Assembly: GCA_944363995.1 (NCBI GenBank)
Contig: CALVVV010000002.1
Span: forward strand, 1 to 34,355
Length of the DNA: 34,355 nt
Origin: an uncultured Bacilli bacterium
Lineage (GTDB): Bacteria > Bacillota_I > Bacilli_A > RF39 > UBA660
Direction: 5' to 3'
Positions 8,513 to 17,134 of this stretch are shown here, one piece after another. The notes under the pieces are model-generated. The model was not told where the DNA came from, made no database searches, and was given only the letters and a program-made list of their open reading frames with translations. How positions within the stretch are numbered: position 1 is the first letter of the stretch; each line of letters opens with the position of its first letter. Both the position numbers and the translations under genes were made by a program.

Positions 8513-9314
8513 ATTAGCACTTTTCGAAGATAAAAAAATTAGGAAAACGTGGCAAAATAATAAATGGTATTTTAGTATTTTTGATGTTGTATATGCCCTT
8601 ACAGATTCTAAAGATCCAAAACAATATACAAAAAAACTAAAAGCGAGAGATCTAGAAATTCAAAATAACTGGGGTACAATTTGTACCCTACTTGTAATGA
8701 CTGCTAATGATGGTAAAAAAAGAAAAATTCAAATGGCTGATACAGAAGGAATATTACGCATTATTCAATCAATTCCTTCTTCTAAGGCAGAACCATTTAA
8801 AAGGTGGCTTGCTAAAGTTGGAAGTGAGAGAATTGAAGAAATTAATAATCCAGAACTTGCTATGGATAGAATGAAGCAAATTTATGAAAAGAAAGGATAT
8901 TCTAAATCTTGGATCGAACAAAGGGAAAGAAGTATCACAACAAGGCATAATTTAACTGATGAATGGAAAGAAAGAGGGGCAAAAGTAGGGAAAGATTATG
9001 CTATTTTAACAAATGAAATATACAAATCTGGTTTTGGTATTGATGCCAAAGAATATAAGAATATCAAGGGATTACATGAAAGTCAAAATTTACGTGATTC
9101 AATGACTAATATTGAGTTAGCATTAACGAATTTAGGCGAAGCAACAGCAGTTGAATTTCATAGAAAAAATAATAGTCAAGGGATTAATAGATTAAAAGAA
9201 GATGTAAATAAAGCTGGCAATGTATTAAATAAAGCAAAGATTGAAATAGAAAATGAATTAGGTAAATCAATAATTACATCGCAAAACTATATTGAACTAA
9301 CTGATAATAAATGA
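8502..9314 (+). CDS. Bro-N domain protein with a DinD-like C-terminal region (phage antirepressor / DNA-damage-inducible protein D type)
   Basis: The N-terminus (FEDKKIRKTWQNNKWYFSIFDVVYALT...) fits the Bro-N pattern. The C-terminal half resembles my recollection of E. coli DinD. Its ATG overlaps the XRE stop (ATGAAAAATAA). Confidence 0.65.
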   Translation: MKNKLALFEDKKIRKTWQNNKWYFSIFDVVYALTDSKDPKQYTKKLKARDLEIQNNWGTICTLLVMTANDGKKRKIQMADTEGILRIIQSIPSSKAEPFKRWLAKVGSERIEEINNPELAMDRMKQIYEKKGYSKSWIEQRERSITTRHNLTDEWKERGAKVGKDYAILTNEIYKSGFGIDAKEYKNIKGLHESQNLRDSMTNIELALTNLGEATAVEFHRKNNSQGINRLKEDVNKAGNVLNKAKIEIENELGKSIITSQNYIELTDNK

Positions 9315-9371
9315 TTAATTATAAATAAAAATTGCATAATTTATAACAAAATAATTTTAATAAATTGTAAA

Positions 9372-9405
9372 ATTTAAGAAAAACAAAAATTTAAGAAAAA
9401 CAAAA
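9372..9405 (+). repeat. Two perfect tandem copies of the 17-mer ATTTAAGAAAAACAAAA
   Basis: Direct reading. It lies immediately upstream of the tRNA-Ala -35 element, in an UP-element-like position. Confidence 0.8.
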
Positions 9406-9412
9406 TAAAATC

Positions 9413-9442
9413 TTGACAAGTGTTAGTAATATATGCTATATT
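9413..9442 (+). promoter_or_regulatory. tRNA-Ala promoter (TTGACA - 18 nt - TATATT)
   Basis: Motif match. The -10 ends 12 nt before the tRNA 5' end. Confidence 0.5.
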
Positions 9443-9454
9443 ATTAATGCACTT

Positions 9455-9531
9455 GGGGAATTAGCTCAGCTGGCTAGAGCATCTGCCTTGCACGCAGAGG
9501 GTCAGGGGTTCGAATCCCCTATTCTCCACCA
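9455..9531 (+). tRNA. tRNA-Ala (anticodon UGC), CCA encoded
   Basis: Cloverleaf with acceptor GGGGAAT/ATTCTCC including the G3:U70 identity pair, anticodon loop CTTGCAC and T-loop TTCGAAT. Confidence 0.93.
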
Positions 9532-9544
9532 AGTTTGATTATTG

Positions 9545-9568
9545 ACGACTTTGATAGTCGTTTTATTG
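9545..9568 (+). terminator. Terminator after tRNA-Ala
   Basis: ACGACT-ttgat-AGTCGT hairpin followed by TTTTATT. Confidence 0.5.
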
Positions 9569-9600
9569 TTGATATTTAATAAAATATTTATGCAATTGCT

Positions 9601-9632
9601 TTCTAGTATTTATATCGAACTAGAATTTTTTT
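9601..9632 (+). terminator. Second, orphan rho-independent terminator
   Basis: TTCTAGT-(11 nt)-ACTAGAA followed by seven T. No annotated gene ends here. Confidence 0.45.
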
Positions 9633-9693
9633 ATTATGATTTTCCAACTTTTATAAATATTATTATAAAATTACATAATTATCACAAAAGATA

Positions 9694-9755
9694 GTATAAA
9701 ATGTAAAATAAAAACAGTACAAAATGTAAAATGAAAATGGTACAAAATTTAAAAT
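9694..9755 (+). repeat. Three direct repeats of a 16-nt core GTAYAAAATKTAAAAT with a 23-bp period
   Basis: Copies lie at 9694-9709, 9717-9732 and 9740-9755, about 30 nt upstream of a TATAAT (9783-9788) preceding the ATPase gene. Confidence 0.7.
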
Positions 9756-9808
9756 AAGTGTTTAAAAAATTTAAAGATGTAGTATAATATGGATAGGAGA
9801 TGAATTTT

Positions 9809-11071
9809 ATGAAAAGATACTTACCTAGAATTGTTGACGATGTTTTAAAAAATAAGTTGGAATATATGGGAGCAGTTGTAATAGAAGGACCAAAATGGTG
9901 TGGGAAATCAACTACTGCTAAACAGTTCAGTAAGAGTGTAATAGAATTGCAAGATCCAGATAAAAAAATTCAATATGATAATATTAGTGAAACTAAGCCA
10001 TCATTATTTTTAGAAGGCGAAAAACCAAAATTATTCGATGAATGGCAAATGTACCCTGTTATATGGGATTCAATTAGAACTAATGTTGATCGTACGGGAT
10101 TAAAAGGACAATATATTTTGACGGGATCATCAAAGCCAGCTGAAAATGGAATTATGCACACGGGAACAGGACGATTTTCTAAAATACTTATGAGAACTAT
10201 GTCATTATATGAATCGGGTGATTCTAATGGAGCTGTTTCTTTAAAAGATATTATCGATGGCAAAGAAATATCCGGTGTATCAAATCTTGAATTAGAGGAT
10301 ATTATAGATGTTATGATAAGAGGGGGATGGCCAGAATCTTTAAATATTGATGGGAATAATAAATTTAAAGTAGCTAAAGAATATGTTCAAAGTTTAATTA
10401 GTGAAGAAATTAGAACTATAGATAGTGTAGAAAGAGATAAAATAAAAATGGAATCTTTATTAAAAAGTATAAGTAGAAATATTTCTACATCGACAAACAA
10501 AAAAACAATGATAAATGATATGTCGAATATTTTTAAAGAAGAAATATCTAGGCCAACATTAGAAGATTATTTAACTACATTAGAAAAATTGTTTGTATTA
10601 GAATATGTACCTGCTACAAATTTAAATTTAAGATCATCTGTACAATTAAGAACTAATCCTAAAATAGAATTAGTAGATCCTTCTATAGCAATTGCCTCTT
10701 TAGGATTAAAAAAAGAAGATTTAATCAATGATTTAAATTTTACTGGATTTATATTTGAAAATATGTGTTATAGGGATTTAAAAATATATGCAGATTATTT
10801 AGGCGCTGAATTGTTTTATTATAGAGATAATAAAGATTTTGAAGTTGATTTTATATTACGATGTGAAAATGGTAAATGGGGAGCAATTGAGGTAAAATTA
10901 GGAGCTAAACAAGTAGAAGATGCTGCTAAAAATTTAAAAAAATTTAAAGAAAAAGTTGACATTGAAAAAAGTGGAGAACCAACATTTTTACTTGTTTTAA
11001 GTGGTGCAGGGTTATCATATGTACGCGAAGACGGTATATATGTTGTATCAATAGGAAACCTTAAAAACTAA
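9809..11071 (+). CDS. AAA-type ATPase with a C-terminal DUF4143-like, putative PD-(D/E)xK nuclease-fold domain (COG1373 type)
   Basis: Walker A GPKWCGKST and Walker B KLFDEW are present. The C-terminal FEVDFIL...WGAIEVKLG is D...ExK-like. ATG 9809 is preferred because GGAGA abuts ATG 9800. Confidence 0.7.
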   Translation: MKRYLPRIVDDVLKNKLEYMGAVVIEGPKWCGKSTTAKQFSKSVIELQDPDKKIQYDNISETKPSLFLEGEKPKLFDEWQMYPVIWDSIRTNVDRTGLKGQYILTGSSKPAENGIMHTGTGRFSKILMRTMSLYESGDSNGAVSLKDIIDGKEISGVSNLELEDIIDVMIRGGWPESLNIDGNNKFKVAKEYVQSLISEEIRTIDSVERDKIKMESLLKSISRNISTSTNKKTMINDMSNIFKEEISRPTLEDYLTTLEKLFVLEYVPATNLNLRSSVQLRTNPKIELVDPSIAIASLGLKKEDLINDLNFTGFIFENMCYRDLKIYADYLGAELFYYRDNKDFEVDFILRCENGKWGAIEVKLGAKQVEDAAKNLKKFKEKVDIEKSGEPTFLLVLSGAGLSYVREDGIYVVSIGNLKN

Positions 11072-11169
11072 TTATTTTTAAAAATTGATGGCGCATCCAT
11101 ATATAATTAGTGGAAAATTTCCACTAAAAAAAGAAAGAGAGGTGTAGTCGAGACTACTCGACAAAAATT

Positions 11170-13704
11170 ATGGAAAAGATAATATTAGTTGATGGTAATA
11201 ATCTATTATTTAGAAGTTATTATGCTACTGCTTATAATGGTAATTTTATGAAAAATAGTAAAGGTTTTCCTACTAATGCTTTATTTGGCTTTGCTAATAT
11301 GATGCATAAAATAATCGAAGAAGAAAAACCAACTTATATAATGGTAGCATTTGATAAAGGAAAAACATTTAGACACGATAAATATGATTTTTATAAACAA
11401 GGAAGAATCGAAACTCCTAATGAATTAAAACTACAATTTCCCAAAGCTAAAGAATTATTAAATGCAATGGGAATTAAATATTACGAAATAGATAATTATG
11501 AAGCAGATGATATAATTGGAACATTTGCCGAATATTGTAATAAAGATCCTAACTTTATTGGTACAATTATTAGTAGTGATAAAGATTTATTACAATTAAT
11601 AAGTAATGATATCGATATTAAATTACTAAAACAAAAAGATTATATAAGATATAATGAAGATACTTTTACAAAAGAATATGGCATTAAACCAATTAATATT
11701 ATCGATTTAAAAGCATTAATGGGCGATTCATCAGATAATATTCCAGGAGTTAAAGGAATAGGAGAAAAAACTGCTTTAAAACTATTACAAGAATATAAAA
11801 CATTAGATGGTATATATGAACATATTGATGAAATAAAAGGGAAAACAAAAGAAAAATTAGAAATAGATAAAAATAATGCTTATATGAGTTATGAAATAGC
11901 AACTATCTATAAAAATGTTCCTATCGATATAAATGTTAATGAATTGAAATATTTAGGTAGTACCAATAAATTAAATAGTTTATATGAAGAATTAGAATTT
12001 TATTCATTCTTAAAAAAAGAACAAAAACAAGAAGAAGATATAAATATAACGATTATCGATGATGTAAGTGAAATAAAAATTACTAAAGATTGTGCGATTT
12101 ATTTAGAATTAGATGGCACAAATTATCATAATTCTAATATTATAGGTATAGGAATATATAATAAAGATGTTGCTTATTATATAAAAAATATAACTAATTT
12201 AGATTTTCTAAAAAATATAAATGTATTTACATATGATTTAAAAAAACTTTACGTTTCATTAAAATATAAAAACATTGAAATACCAAATATAAAAAATGAT
12301 TTAATGATAGCAGCATCTTTATTAGAATATAATACTAAAGATGATATTGCTTATTTAGCTAATCAATTTAATTATAATATTCCTTTTTATGAAAATGTTA
12401 TAAAACAAGAAGATATAGCAAAAATAGTTGTTAATAAAGCAAAATTTATTTATGAAATAAAAGACGAACTATTAAATAAAATAAAAGAAGAGGATATGGA
12501 AGAATTATATAATGAAATCGAAATTCCTTTAACTTATGTTTTAGGTGATATGGAATATGATGGTGTTATAGTCGACAAAAACATCTTAAATGAAATGGGT
12601 AATGAAATTAAAATTAAATTAGAAATATTAAGTAAAGAAATTTATAATTTAGCAGGTACATCTTTTAATATTTCCTCACCACAACAATTAGGTGAAGTAT
12701 TGTTTGAAAGATTAAATTTACCGCATGGTAAAAAAGGTAAAACTGGTTATTCGACTGCTGTTGATGTTTTAAATAAATTAGTCAATAAACATCCAATTAT
12801 TGAAAAAATACTAGAATATCGAATGTTAAATAAATTATATACAACTTATGTTGAAGGATTAATTAGTACGATTAAAGATGGTAAAATTCATACAATTTAT
12901 ACCCAAACATTAACTAGAACTGGTAGATTATCTAGTATCGAACCTAATTTACAAAATATTCCAATTCGTACAGAATATGGTAGATTAATAAGAAAAGCAT
13001 TTATACCATCATCTAATTCCGTTATTATTAGTGGCGATTATTCACAAATAGAATTACGCATTTTAGCCCATATGGCCGATGTACCAGCTTTAATAGAAGC
13101 ATTTAATAATGATTTAGATATCCACAGCAAAACTGCTTCTGATATTTTTAAAACTGATGTAGTTACTAAAGAAATGCGCAGAATTGCTAAAGCAGTTAAC
13201 TTTGGTATTATTTATGGTATTAGTAGTTTTGGCTTATCAGAAAACTTAAATATATCAAATAAAGACGCTAAACAGTTTATCGATGAATATTTAAAAACTT
13301 ATCCTGGCATTAAAGAATATATGGATAGCACAATTAAAAAAGCCTATGAGTGTGGATACGCTAAAACATTATTTAATCGTAAAAGAATTATCGATGAATT
13401 AAAAAATACTAACTATATGATTAGACAATCAGGCGAAAGAATGGCTTTAAATACACCAATCCAAGGAACTAGTGCTGATATAATTAAAAAGGCAATGGTT
13501 TTAATTCATAAAAAATTAAAGGAAAATAATTTGAAATCAAAATTGATTATTCAGGTTCACGATGAATTAGTTTTTGATTGTTTAAAAGAAGAACAAGAAA
13601 CCGTAACTAAAATTATGAAAGATGTTATGGAGAATGTAATAAAATTAAAAGTACCACTTAAAATTGACATCGAATATGGCAATAACTGGTACGAAGCGAA
13701 ATAA
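11170..13704 (+). CDS. polA: DNA polymerase I
   Basis: The 5'-nuclease N-terminus (ILVDGNNLLFRSYYA) is present, with polymerase motifs DYSQIELRILAH and QVHDELVF. Confidence 0.93.
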   Translation: MEKIILVDGNNLLFRSYYATAYNGNFMKNSKGFPTNALFGFANMMHKIIEEEKPTYIMVAFDKGKTFRHDKYDFYKQGRIETPNELKLQFPKAKELLNAMGIKYYEIDNYEADDIIGTFAEYCNKDPNFIGTIISSDKDLLQLISNDIDIKLLKQKDYIRYNEDTFTKEYGIKPINIIDLKALMGDSSDNIPGVKGIGEKTALKLLQEYKTLDGIYEHIDEIKGKTKEKLEIDKNNAYMSYEIATIYKNVPIDINVNELKYLGSTNKLNSLYEELEFYSFLKKEQKQEEDINITIIDDVSEIKITKDCAIYLELDGTNYHNSNIIGIGIYNKDVAYYIKNITNLDFLKNINVFTYDLKKLYVSLKYKNIEIPNIKNDLMIAASLLEYNTKDDIAYLANQFNYNIPFYENVIKQEDIAKIVVNKAKFIYEIKDELLNKIKEEDMEELYNEIEIPLTYVLGDMEYDGVIVDKNILNEMGNEIKIKLEILSKEIYNLAGTSFNISSPQQLGEVLFERLNLPHGKKGKTGYSTAVDVLNKLVNKHPIIEKILEYRMLNKLYTTYVEGLISTIKDGKIHTIYTQTLTRTGRLSSIEPNLQNIPIRTEYGRLIRKAFIPSSNSVIISGDYSQIELRILAHMADVPALIEAFNNDLDIHSKTASDIFKTDVVTKEMRRIAKAVNFGIIYGISSFGLSENLNISNKDAKQFIDEYLKTYPGIKEYMDSTIKKAYECGYAKTLFNRKRIIDELKNTNYMIRQSGERMALNTPIQGTSADIIKKAMVLIHKKLKENNLKSKLIIQVHDELVFDCLKEEQETVTKIMKDVMENVIKLKVPLKIDIEYGNNWYEAK

Positions 13705-13715
13705 GGTGATTAAAT

Positions 13716-14573
13716 TTGAAAATAACAAAAGTTTTATTGGTTAGTTCGATAACCAATATCTTTTTATCTATTATTAAAATATTATTTGGTTTTATTGGTA
13801 AATGTAATGCTTTAGTAGCTGACGGAATTCATTCTTTAAGTGATTTATCTACCGATTTAGTAGCAATATTTGGTAATTATTTATCATTAAAACCAGCCGA
13901 TAAAAAACATCCATTCGGTCATGGAAAAACTGAATACATTACTAGTATGATAATAGGTACAGTAATCATTATATTAGGTTTAACATTAATTTATAATATA
14001 TTTAATAAAGAAATAATAATTCCTAATTTATTGATGGTATTAGTAAGTTTATTTACTATAATATCAAAATTATTATTATCCAATTATATTTATAAAAAAG
14101 GTGTTTTATATGATAACAATATTTTAATAGCGTCAGGAAAAGAAAGTAGAGCCGATGTATATAGTTCTATATTTGTATTACTATCAATTATATTAATGCA
14201 GTTTTCAACTGAATTTAGTATATTAAAATATGCTGATACAATAAGCACGATAATAATAGCTTTATTTATTATTAAAACAGGATTTAATATTTTACAAGAA
14301 AATATAGGCATATTATTAGAAGAACAAGTATTAGATAAAGAATATATAAAGGAAATAAAAAATATAATTATGTCATATGATGAAATTATCGAAATAAAAG
14401 ATTTATATATTTTAAGATATGGACCTTATTATAAATTAGTATCAAATGTTATAATGAAAGATTTATTATTAACTGAAGCACATAAAATTATAGATGAAAT
14501 AGAAAATAAGTTAAAACAAGATGATAATAGAATAGAATATGTATTTATTCATATGGAAGCAATTGATAAATAG
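13716..14573 (+). CDS. Cation diffusion facilitator family transporter
   Basis: Multiple TM helices, ADGIHSLSDL and HPFGHGKTE motifs. TTG start 6 nt after AAGGTGA. Confidence 0.8.
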   Translation: MKITKVLLVSSITNIFLSIIKILFGFIGKCNALVADGIHSLSDLSTDLVAIFGNYLSLKPADKKHPFGHGKTEYITSMIIGTVIIILGLTLIYNIFNKEIIIPNLLMVLVSLFTIISKLLLSNYIYKKGVLYDNNILIASGKESRADVYSSIFVLLSIILMQFSTEFSILKYADTISTIIIALFIIKTGFNILQENIGILLEEQVLDKEYIKEIKNIIMSYDEIIEIKDLYILRYGPYYKLVSNVIMKDLLLTEAHKIIDEIENKLKQDDNRIEYVFIHMEAIDK

Positions 14574-14606
14574 AAAATCTTATATTAATTAAAAAAGGAT
14601 AAAATT

Positions 14607-15626
14607 ATGATAAGCAAATATGAATTTGGACAGTTAATTGAAAAATTAGAAAAAGCAGTTAAATTTTATAAAGAAACGAATTATAAATTTAATGAAAATA
14701 AAATCTATTTATCTAACGGCAAAACATTAGAATTTATGTTTAAACCGCAAAATATACCTCATTTATTGGGTATAGATGTAGCTTATTTAAGAAAAATTAA
14801 TCTTTTAAAAGCCAATAAACCATTTGATATGTTAGAAGAGCTCATTGAAAGATATGATATAATATACAAAAAAATTGAAAGTGGTCAAATTTATTATTAC
14901 AACATATTTTCCCCATACATTGAAAAAAAAATAAGTTCATTTGTAACTGTTTTAAAATGCAATATTGAAAATACTTTTTTTGTATCAGAATATGTTTTAC
15001 ATAGAACATATTTAAATGGTCAACAAAACAATTATGGTTGTCAATATTATATTGCCTTTAAAGAGAAAAGTAAATTAATTTTTTTAGGGTTGAAGAAACA
15101 GGATGATGATTATTATTATAGCCCATCTTCTATTATTTGTGCTTTTGATGATGCAACAAAAGAAAATATTTTAGAGGCATTAATAAAAAATCAACGAATA
15201 ATGTTAATTAATTGCATAAACATAAAAAATATTGGTATATCAAACTATTTAAAAAATAATAAAAAACTAAATCTTTTACAAGAACTGGTTGTTTTAGCTA
15301 ATAAATACGACGGTCATTTAATTGTATATAATGATTTTATTCATACCTTAAAGAAATTATTAAATCTTGTTAATCAAGAATGTATTACCAAAAATTTTAT
15401 TTCTCAATTAACTTTAGCTATTAATAATGAAGATAAAATTGATATGTTGGCTTTTTTTGACGAAAGCAGCCAGGAGTTAGTACAAGCATATAATATTTTA
15501 ATTCAAAAATTAAAACAAATTAATGAAAAGGATGAATTGATAAGGTTAAAGCAAGAACTATTAGAATCACAACAACAAATAAAAAGCCAATTAAAAATTA
15601 ATACCAAAAAACTAAATAATAATTAA
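14607..15626 (+). CDS. Hypothetical protein (globular N-terminal domain plus C-terminal coiled coil)
   Basis: Long ORF with host-like composition and an AAGGA SD. I recognise no family. The C-terminal ~60 aa are Q/K/E/L-rich. Confidence 0.6.
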   Translation: MISKYEFGQLIEKLEKAVKFYKETNYKFNENKIYLSNGKTLEFMFKPQNIPHLLGIDVAYLRKINLLKANKPFDMLEELIERYDIIYKKIESGQIYYYNIFSPYIEKKISSFVTVLKCNIENTFFVSEYVLHRTYLNGQQNNYGCQYYIAFKEKSKLIFLGLKKQDDDYYYSPSSIICAFDDATKENILEALIKNQRIMLINCINIKNIGISNYLKNNKKLNLLQELVVLANKYDGHLIVYNDFIHTLKKLLNLVNQECITKNFISQLTLAINNEDKIDMLAFFDESSQELVQAYNILIQKLKQINEKDELIRLKQELLESQQQIKSQLKINTKKLNNN

Positions 15627-15649
15627 CATTTTGAATAAAAGATAACCAG

Positions 15650-15678
15650 TTGACAAAAGAATTGTAAAATGATAAAAT
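15650..15678 (+). promoter_or_regulatory. serS promoter (TTGACA - 17 nt - TAAAAT with TG extension)
   Basis: Motif match. It implies a 5' UTR of about 155 nt. Confidence 0.45.
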
Positions 15679-15840
15679 TAATTGCACAAAATGAAAATTA
15701 ATCGGTTATAGAATTTTTAATCAATAATTTATTTAACTAAATAAAATTGTTATTTTGAAGTAGAGCTAAAGTTATTTATGGTATGTTATATTCATATCCT
15801 TAAATATCAATAGCTCTTTATATTCGGAAAGGAAGTTAAA

Positions 15841-17133
15841 ATGATTGATATTAAATTAATAAGAGATAATAGTGAATTAGTAAAAGAAAATATAAAGAAA
15901 AAATTTCAGTATCATAAATTAGTTACTGTTGATGAAATAATAAAACTTGATAAAGAATTTCGTGATTGTAAATTAAAAGGCGATAATTTAAGAGCTTTAA
16001 AAAATCAAAAAAGTTTAGAAATTGGATTATTAATGAAAGAAAATAAAAAAGAAGAAGCAAATAAAATAAAAGAAGAAATTAGTAATTATACTAATGAGAT
16101 AAAAGAATTAGAAGAAAAAGAATTATTATTAGAACAACAAATTAAAGAAAAAATGATGACAATACCAAATATCATTGATGATTCTGTTCCTATTGGTAAA
16201 GATGATAGTGAAAACGTAGAAATAGAAAAGTTTGGTGAACCAATTGTTCCAGATTATGAAATTCCATACCATGCGGATATAATGGCAGGTTGTTTAGATA
16301 AAGAAGCATCAGCTAGAACTAGCGGTAATGGTTTTTATTATTTAATAGGTGATATAGCAAGACTTCATTCAGCTATATTATCTTACGCAAGAGATTTTAT
16401 GATAGACAAGGGATTTACTTATTGTATTCCACCTTTTATGATTAGAAGTGATGTTGTTAATGGTGTTATGTCATTTGAAGAAATGGATGCAATGATGTAT
16501 AAAATAGCAAATGAAGATTTATATTTGATAGGAACTTCTGAACATTCAATGATTGGTAGATTTAAAAATCAAATTATTAAAGAGAAAGAATTACCTATTA
16601 CTTTAACAAGTTATTCACCATGCTTTCGAAAAGAGGTAGGCGCACATGGCATAGAAGAAAGAGGTATTTATCGCGTTCATCAATTTGAAAAACAAGAAAT
16701 GATAGTGTTGTGTAAACCAGAAGAAGCAATGAACTGGTATAATAAAATGTGGAGTTATACAGTGGAATTATTTAGAAATTTGGATGTGCCAGTTAGAACA
16801 TTAGAATGTTGTTCAGGTGATTTGGCTGATTTAAAAGTTAAATCTTGTGATATTGAAGCTTGGAGTCCAAGACAACAAAAATATTTTGAGGTAGGTTCTT
16901 GTTCGACATTAGGTGATGCTCAAGCTAGAAGATTGGGAATAAGAACCAAGAATGATAAAGGGACCTATTACTTACATACTTTAAATAATACAGTTTTTGC
17001 TACACCACGTGGATTAATTGCTTTCTTAGAAAATAATTACCAAAAGGATGGAAGTATAAAAATACCTAAATCTTTACAACCTTATATGGGTGGAAAAGAA
17101 AAAATTAATATAATAAATAAGAAAGGACAATAA
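15841..17133 (+). CDS. serS: Seryl-tRNA synthetase
   Basis: N-terminal coiled-coil arm, class II motif 2 (FRKEVGAHGIEERGIYRVHQFEKQE), and the SCS...AQARRL and HTLNNT motifs. Confidence 0.92.
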   Translation: MIDIKLIRDNSELVKENIKKKFQYHKLVTVDEIIKLDKEFRDCKLKGDNLRALKNQKSLEIGLLMKENKKEEANKIKEEISNYTNEIKELEEKELLLEQQIKEKMMTIPNIIDDSVPIGKDDSENVEIEKFGEPIVPDYEIPYHADIMAGCLDKEASARTSGNGFYYLIGDIARLHSAILSYARDFMIDKGFTYCIPPFMIRSDVVNGVMSFEEMDAMMYKIANEDLYLIGTSEHSMIGRFKNQIIKEKELPITLTSYSPCFRKEVGAHGIEERGIYRVHQFEKQEMIVLCKPEEAMNWYNKMWSYTVELFRNLDVPVRTLECCSGDLADLKVKSCDIEAWSPRQQKYFEVGSCSTLGDAQARRLGIRTKNDKGTYYLHTLNNTVFATPRGLIAFLENNYQKDGSIKIPKSLQPYMGGKEKINIINKKGQ

Positions 17134-17134
17134 A

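Noticed and set aside
9590-9697. 35-aa ORF (MQLLSSIYIELEFFYYDFPTFINIIIKLHNYHKR) downstream of tRNA-Ala.
   Set aside because: It has no SD, it runs through a terminator hairpin, and its composition is that of AT-rich spacer.
9372-9755. Possible CRISPR array suggested by the tandem 17-mers (9372-9405) and the 23-bp-phased repeats (9694-9755).
   Set aside because: There are only 2-3 copies, the units are far shorter than CRISPR repeats, there are essentially no spacers (0-7 nt), and no cas genes are present. They are better explained as promoter-associated repeats.
8082-11170. att-type direct repeats of the tRNA-Arg(CCG) or tRNA-Ala 3' ends that would delimit an integrated island.
   Set aside because: I found no partial tRNA 3'-end duplicate in 8158-9454 or 9532-11169, so the island boundaries cannot be defined from this window.
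15680-15840. Expected T-box leader upstream of serS.
   Set aside because: No T-box consensus (GGTGGTACC-like), no specifier or antiterminator architecture and no strong terminator. It is recorded only as an unexplained structured leader.
15841-17133. SerRS looking archaeal or eukaryote-like (motif 2 GAHGIEERGIYRVHQFEKQE).
   Set aside because: The same motif is nearly as similar to ordinary bacterial SerRS from memory. Without a phylogeny this cannot be supported.
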